A DNA stretch of 64,000 nt from a virus. Positions within the stretch are counted from its first letter, which is position 1. The number at the start of each line of letters is the position of its first letter. A program made the position numbers and the translations under genes. Below the pieces are notes generated by a model that worked only from the letters and a program-made list of their open reading frames with translations, was not told the origin of the DNA and did not search any database. This document shows positions 59,570 to 64,000 of the stretch, piece after piece. The stretch lies in the IMG/VR virus record IMGVR_UViG_3300021430_000595; one strand, 5' to 3'.

Positions 59570-59895
59570 TTCTTAGTGTAGGAATCGAACCTACATGGGC
59601 GACTTACCATAACCTCAATCAACGAGTGGACTCGAACCACATTCGTAGTTGGGAGAGGATTCGAACCTCTTCAGGGAGCTACCCGTCATCCATGACCTTC
59701 CATCGGACTCGAACCGACCTTCTACCATAGCCCAACTATGTACAGGACTCTCCCTGTTTGTCACCCTCCACTGTTTCGTGCACATTTCGGTCGCAGACAG
59801 GTCACCACCGTATCGTAGTCAGAACAGGAATTGAACCTTAATCTCCCTCCCCTGTCGACCCATCGACCCACGGACTCGAACCGTGTTAACGACTT
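59570..59895 (-). ncRNA. three tandem double-T-arm tRNA-like elements
   Basis: six T-arm hairpins (GGTTCRA) in three pairs; no D or anticodon arms. Confidence 0.55.
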
Positions 59896-59897
59896 AG

Positions 59898-59970
59898 TAG
59901 AGTAGACAGGACTCGAACCTGCACGCACTTGCTCCCAAAGCAAGGGACCTACCAATTGGTCAACTACTCT
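59898..59970 (-). tRNA. tRNA-Pro(UGG)
   Basis: loop TTTGGGA. Confidence 0.85.
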
Positions 59971-59975
59971 ATAAA

Positions 59976-60113
59976 AAGATAATGTTGGAATACCCGTCTC
60001 GTTCCAATCTTAACTGCTTACCTGAGTTTTAATGATGCATCGGCAGAGGGTGATAACACTTTTGACCTCACAACTACTTCGTCGACTTTCATTGTGAGAG
60101 TGTTCATTATCTT
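59976..60113 (-). ncRNA. unassigned ~138-nt structured RNA
   Basis: AAGATAATG/CATTATCTT closing stem; CTCACAA/TTGTGAG, CTGC/GCAG and TTGGAA/TTCCAA arms. Confidence 0.5.
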
Positions 60114-60115
60114 AG

Positions 60116-60189
60116 TATCCCCGATTGGATTCGAACCAATGACCTACTGCTTAGAAGGCAGTCGCTCTATCCAACTGAGCTACGGAGAC
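60116..60189 (-). tRNA. tRNA-Arg(UCU)
   Basis: loop CTTCTAA; A20. Confidence 0.92.
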
Positions 60190-60194
60190 AAATA

Positions 60195-60331
60195 AAATTT
60201 ACAATGGGTAACCCTCAAATCTGCTTACTCTTGGAATTACGTTACACCTGATATTGAAATCTAAGTCGGATTGTCGCAAGATTATCCACATCCAACTAAT
60301 GCTCCGTCGCTAAACGCATCATTGTAAATTT
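60195..60331 (-). ncRNA. unassigned ~137-nt structured RNA
   Basis: perfect 12-bp closing stem AAATTTACAATG/CATTGTAAATTT. Confidence 0.45.
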
Positions 60332-60384
60332 TGTACCCGAGGCCGGAATCGAACCGGCACGAACTTTACAGTCCACAAGATTTT

Positions 60385-61079
60385 CTTACCACTATAGTTT
60401 TCACTACCATCTCTGTTTGTGGTCTGGACTTTCTCTTAACCCTCATCTTAAAATGTTAGGGCTCTTCCCGTTAAGTCTCTACACGTTTCTTAAATGTTTT
60501 TCCCTCTATACGTATCTGTTTGTGAATGACAATTAGGACAAACTATTCGTAGATTTTCCAATCTATGATTTGTTCTATCACCATCGATATGGTCAAGTTC
60601 GAAACTTAATTTTTTACCATTCCAATCTTTAATTCCACAAACCTCACATTCCTCATTTTTTATTCCTTCACTAATCAACCTCAGTCTAAGTTTGTTAGTT
60701 TGATAATGTGGATGCGACCCCATCAAAATTTCTTTAGTTGGGATTTTACTTAGAGGAGAAGGTTTTGACGAACCTTTAGCGCCTTGATTTGGTTTATACA
60801 CACCAAGTTTTTTCGCTTTACGAATAAACGTGTTGTAATGTAATCCAAGTCTTATTGCCGCCTTAGCCATCGTTAACTCTTCTCTACATGCTTTGATAAT
60901 TTCACCATCTTCTATTTTTTTCATGAAACATTTGTTTCACTATAAATATATACACAATGGAAAAAGTATCTAACATGTCTACACATTTAAGACTTCGCTC
61001 GGGATTACCATTTTAAAGGTTTCCCCGAATTTGAGAAGTTCTACATTAAGTGTTTCCACCTACGCACTCAAATTTGTTT
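60385..61079 (-). mobile_element. 695-nt group I intron with HNH ORF
   Basis: guide TTTGAGT; AAATTCGGGGAA/CCCGAGCGAAG; GTAGAGACTT/AAAGTCC; terminal G. Confidence 0.9.
60490..60924 (-). CDS. intron-encoded HNH homing endonuclease
   Basis: CEVCG; ELDHIDGDRTNHRLENLRIVCPNCHSQT. Confidence 0.9.
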   Translation of the reverse strand: MKKIEDGEIIKACREELTMAKAAIRLGLHYNTFIRKAKKLGVYKPNQGAKGSSKPSPLSKIPTKEILMGSHPHYQTNKLRLRLISEGIKNEECEVCGIKDWNGKKLSFELDHIDGDRTNHRLENLRIVCPNCHSQTDTYRGKNI

Positions 61080-61174
61080 AAGTCTTGCGTGTCTACCTGT
61101 TTCACCACTCGGGCATTTACTAAACCAACATGTCAAAGAACCACAGTACAAAGATAAGGAAGAAATCTTTAAAA

Positions 61175-61341
61175 ACAAAAAACCCGAAAATCTTTTTTAA
61201 GAAGTTCGGGTTTTTCTATTAGTAGATTATTAATCCTTACAATTTGACTAACTCCGAACTCGGGAAACATAAATATATACCTCTCCCATTACCACTTAGT
61301 GGGTTGTTTGACGGTTGTAATATGTATACCAAGTTCATCAT
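61175..61341 (-). promoter_or_regulatory. putative leader-peptide attenuator (34-aa ORF 61341-61237, terminator 61175-61215)
   Basis: promoter at 61359-61389; GAGTTCGG in the ORF can pair with the terminator 5' arm CCGAACTT. Confidence 0.4.
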
Positions 61342-61407
61342 TTTTTTAATAACTATCACAAAGATAAGAAAAGTTTTCAAAAAATCAAATATTTTTAGAA
61401 ATTTTTT

Positions 61408-61650
61408 TTAAAATAAGTCATCACACCATATTGGTGTCTTCTCACCAACATACGCACCTGAAATATTAAAATCAAAGTATTCAACCGCTTCGGTCATACT
61501 CATTCCTTGTTCCATTAGGATATTGATACACTTCTCAACTGAATAAATTAATCTTGTTGATTTACTATCAATACCAATAACAGCATCATCAAATCCGTCT
61601 GCCTTTAAGATTTCTTCATCTTGATACTGTTCTAAAATTTGTTCTAACAT
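61408..61650 (-). CDS. conserved phage hypothetical protein
   Basis: ADGFDDAVIG...EAVEYFDFNISGAYVGEKTP. Confidence 0.75.
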   Translation of the reverse strand: MLEQILEQYQDEEILKADGFDDAVIGIDSKSTRLIYSVEKCINILMEQGMSMTEAVEYFDFNISGAYVGEKTPIWCDDLF

Positions 61651-61665
61651 ATTGGTTTTTTTATT

Positions 61666-61740
61666 TGGTAGCCCCGACGAGAATCGAACTCGCGTTTTTA
61701 GGTTGAAAACCTAACGTCCTAACCGTTAGACGACGGGGCC
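61666..61740 (-). tRNA. tRNA-Glu(UUC)
   Basis: loop TTTTCAA; CCA. Confidence 0.9.
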
Positions 61741-61745
61741 AAGTG

Positions 61746-61831
61746 CGGAGAGTGAGGGATTCGAACCCCCGTTACCTTTCGATAAAACGGTTTTCAAGAC
61801 CGCCGCGTTCAACCAGCTCTGCCAACTCTCC
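61746..61831 (-). tRNA. tRNA-Ser(UGA)
   Basis: loop CTTGAAA; long variable arm. Confidence 0.9.
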
Positions 61832-61837
61832 AATATT

Positions 61838-62115
61838 CCCTACCTGAGATTACGATAAGTAGATTTTAACGGGTTTCTCTCACTGTTTCGAGAACCATAT
61901 CCCTCCCACTTGTTTGATACTCCATATGAGTACCTCATAGAGCGAGTCTTTTTCATTAGTGTCTTACCACATAAAAACCTGTCAACCCAATACGTCGGCG
62001 GTGCTGGATATTGCGACCGTTTACCCGAATCGATACCTCATTAAGGTCGAGGATTTTTTTACCACCATCACTTTTTTAAAGAATGTGACCAATCTTCCTG
62101 AGTATCTCTTCCTCA
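61838..62115 (-). ncRNA. ~280-nt structured RNA resembling the 3' domain of the 5125-5940 RNA
   Basis: shared ACTCA..GATTGGT, GGATATG and terminal GTAATCTCAG hairpin. Confidence 0.5.
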
Positions 62116-62118
62116 TTG

Positions 62119-62192
62119 CGGGATATACGGGATTCGAACCCGTGACCTCCACCGTGACAGGGTGGCATTGTGACCAACTCTACTAACATCCC
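62119..62192 (-). tRNA. tRNA-Asp(GUC)
   Basis: loop CTGTCAC; G73. Confidence 0.88.
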
Positions 62193-62200
62193 AAAGTTTG

Positions 62201-62274
62201 AGCCTCCTGTCGGATTCGAACCAACGACCTACGCATTACAAGTGCGTCGCTCTAACCAGCTGAGCTAAGGAGGC
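62201..62274 (-). tRNA. tRNA-Thr(UGU)
   Basis: loop CTTGTAA. Confidence 0.92.
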
Positions 62275-62371
62275 TTCTATTCGAGTTAGAGTAGTCACGG
62301 CCACCTCTAATCCTTCTAACTCTTGACATAATCTCGGCACAACGTGGCTCGACCCTGATTATATCCATTTG

Positions 62372-62444
<73 letters not shown>

Positions 62445-62516
62445 ATATCAATATTCCAAAGAACAATCAAAATATAAGAAAGAAATCTCACTTTTCAAAA
62501 TGTTTTTTTATAAATG

Positions 62517-62591
62517 TTGCGGGACCGGGACTCGAACCCGGAACTTCAGCTTATGAGACTGACGAGATAACCATTTTCTACACATCCCGCA
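62517..62591 (-). tRNA. tRNA-Met(CAU)
   Basis: loop CTCATAA. Confidence 0.8.
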
Positions 62592-62595
62592 ATGT

Positions 62596-62672
62596 TGGTT
62601 GGAATAATAGGACTCGAACCTATAACCTTTCGCGTATCAGACGAATGCTCTAACCAATTGAGCTATATTCCA
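62596..62672 (-). tRNA. tRNA-Ile(GAU)
   Basis: loop CTGATAC; CCA. Confidence 0.9.
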
Positions 62673-62675
62673 ATA

Positions 62676-62751
62676 TGGGGTGATTAACCAGAATCGAACT
62701 GGTATCAATAGAACCACAATCTATTGTGTTAGCCGTTACACCATAACCACC
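62676..62751 (-). tRNA. tRNA-His(GUG)
   Basis: G-1:C73; loop TTGTGGT; CCA. Confidence 0.9.
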
Positions 62752-62757
62752 ATATTG

Positions 62758-62827
62758 AGGTCAATGTCGGAATCGAACCAACTCCGTTAGTTTTGCAGAC
62801 TAACCGGCCTCCATGACCAAACTGACC
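62758..62827 (-). tRNA. tRNA-Cys(GCA)
   Basis: loop CTGCAAA; U73; short D-loop. Confidence 0.8.
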
Positions 62828-62833
62828 ATTTTG

Positions 62834-62907
62834 TACTCTCGGAGAGATTCGAACTCCCAACCCTTTCATCCGTAGTGAAATGTTCTAATCCGTTGAACTA
62901 CGAGAGC
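62834..62907 (-). tRNA. tRNA-Arg(ACG)
   Basis: loop CTACGGA; A20. Confidence 0.9.
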
Positions 62908-62914
62908 ATTGTTT

Positions 62915-63346
62915 TTATTTCAACCTTTCATCCCATTCTTCTTGAGTTCCCAATCTAATTGGTACAAACAATGCGAATCCATCGTCATCTTCAAAATGGT
63001 TACACTCATCTTTTCTCCAACCAAATTTATATCTCATATGGTCAAACTTATTAGTTTCCGCATTCCATCTCGCAATTGTAGTATTCCTGTGGTCACCAAT
63101 ATAAATTTGACCATGTATCAAATCTTTTTTTGGTATTGCACCGGCTTTAATTAGTTTTGGGACATAGAATTCTTTCCACTCCTTTTCATTTACTTTTGGT
63201 AATTGAGGAACGTCATGTGGTTCATTAAATTTGGGTAAATCATTTTCCCAATATTCTTTAATTCTTTTTTCCCTCTCTTCCCTAAGTCTAATTTTGTCAG
63301 CTTCAAATTTCATTTTTGCCGCCTCAAATGTTTCTTGGTTATTCAT
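62915..63346 (-). CDS. hypothetical protein
   Basis: 143-aa ORF inside the tRNA array. Confidence 0.7.
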   Translation of the reverse strand: MNNQETFEAAKMKFEADKIRLREEREKRIKEYWENDLPKFNEPHDVPQLPKVNEKEWKEFYVPKLIKAGAIPKKDLIHGQIYIGDHRNTTIARWNAETNKFDHMRYKFGWRKDECNHFEDDDGFALFVPIRLGTQEEWDERLK

Positions 63347-63367
63347 GGTTATAAAATTTTAAGTTAG

Positions 63368-63438
63368 CACGAGTGGAGAGATTCGAACTCCCATCAAAGG
63401 TTTTGGAGACCCGTATGCTACCATTGCACCACACTCGT
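63368..63438 (-). tRNA. tRNA-Trp(CCA)
   Basis: loop CTCCAAA; G73. Confidence 0.85.
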
Positions 63439-63506
63439 GTATTTTGATGGTTTTATCATTCATTAAAGGTAAAAATACTAATTAATGAATGATTTACACA
63501 TCATTG

Positions 63507-63578
63507 TAGTTCCTGTCGGATTCGAACCAACGACCCTCTGCATGTAAGGCAGATGCTCTCCCACTGAGCTAAGGAACT
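63507..63578 (-). tRNA. tRNA-Val(UAC)
   Basis: loop CTTACAT. Confidence 0.9.
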
Positions 63579-63583
63579 ATGTG

Positions 63584-63657
63584 CACCGAATGGGGGATTC
63601 GAACCCCGACCCTCTGCGTGACAGGCAGATATACTCAACCATTATACGACATCCGGT
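63584..63657 (-). tRNA. atypical tRNA-Asp(GUC)
   Basis: loop CTGTCAC; folds best with an 8-bp acceptor and 4-bp T-stem. Confidence 0.7.
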
Positions 63658-63667
63658 GTGTTTGTTG

Positions 63668-63741
63668 TGACCCCGCCGAGACTCGAACTCGGGACTCCCT
63701 CATTAAAAGTGAGGTGCTCTAGCCAACTGAGCTACGAGGTC
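63668..63741 (-). tRNA. tRNA-Lys(UUU)
   Basis: loop CTTTTAA. Confidence 0.92.
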
Positions 63742-63747
63742 AATTTT

Positions 63748-63823
63748 TGGTGGTGAGGGAGGGATTCGAACCCCCGACGCTCGGCTCTTCAGGCCGACGC
63801 TCTACCATCTGAGCTACCTCACC
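63748..63823 (-). tRNA. tRNA-Phe(GAA)
   Basis: loop CTGAAGA; CCA. Confidence 0.92.
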
Positions 63824-63855
63824 AAGTAAAACCAATATGTCAAAGAACATCTTTG

Positions 63856-63926
63856 TGGAATATTTGGGATTCGAACCCATACCTCCCACCGTCTAGCGGT
63901 TGCACATCCTTATGTGCTTTTATCCC
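63856..63926 (-). pseudogene. tRNA-like element with shrunken anticodon arm
   Basis: normal D and T arms, but ACCG-CTAGA-CGGT has a 5-nt loop. Confidence 0.55.
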
Positions 63927-63929
63927 TTG

Positions 63930-63999
63930 TGGACCACGTGGGAATCGAACCCAAACATTCTCTTTGCAAAAGAGACGACCTGCCTTCGGTATCGCGCCC
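63930..63999 (-). tRNA. tRNA-Ala(UGC), irregular acceptor
   Basis: loop TTTGCAA; G3:U70. Confidence 0.7.
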
Positions 64000-64000
64000 A

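Larger units (their letters stand above)
60334..61114 (-). tRNA. tRNA-Leu(UAA) split by a group I intron (exons 61114-61080 and 60384-60334)
   Basis: spliced anticodon arm CAAGA-CTT|AAAA-TCTTG. Confidence 0.92.

Noticed and set aside
59976-60113. Glycine riboswitch (GCCGA...CTCAGG)
   Set aside because: Lacks the GGAGA and GAAGG elements and sits between tRNAs with no regulated gene

Overview
AT-rich segment of a jumbo ('huge') bacteriophage genome, most likely infecting Bacteroidota: host-type TTTG-N19-20-TAnnTTTG promoters, no Shine-Dalgarno motifs and Bacteroidota-type lipoprotein signals. 0-26 kb: small late genes that share a TATTTAT upstream motif and a MKxIxxTESQL-like N-terminus, four PcfJ-like/WCT paralogues, a GH19 endolysin, nucleotide-metabolism genes and a ~815-nt structured ncRNA (GOLLD-like). 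26.5-41.2 kb: glycosylation cluster. 43-48.4 kb: putative virion membrane/ejection proteins. 48.6-64 kb: minus-strand RNA/translation region with a tmRNA carrying a group I intron, SmpB, a PTH2-like gene, about 29 tRNAs (including tRNA-Leu(UAA) with an HNH-encoding group I intron), homing endonucleases and several unassigned structured RNAs. Two candidate undescribed systems stand out. (1) A Ro/TROVE-like-TerD gene is followed by seven Y-RNA-like hairpin RNAs sharing GGCUA...UUACUUCUA; one is grafted into the anticodon stem of a tRNA. (2) An amber-suppressor tRNA(CUA) lies next to three reading frames that each carry an early in-frame UAG in the same UAG-AUU-AAY context, suggesting amber-gated expression in an otherwise standard-code genome. 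All calls come from reading the sequence by eye; no database searches were run.
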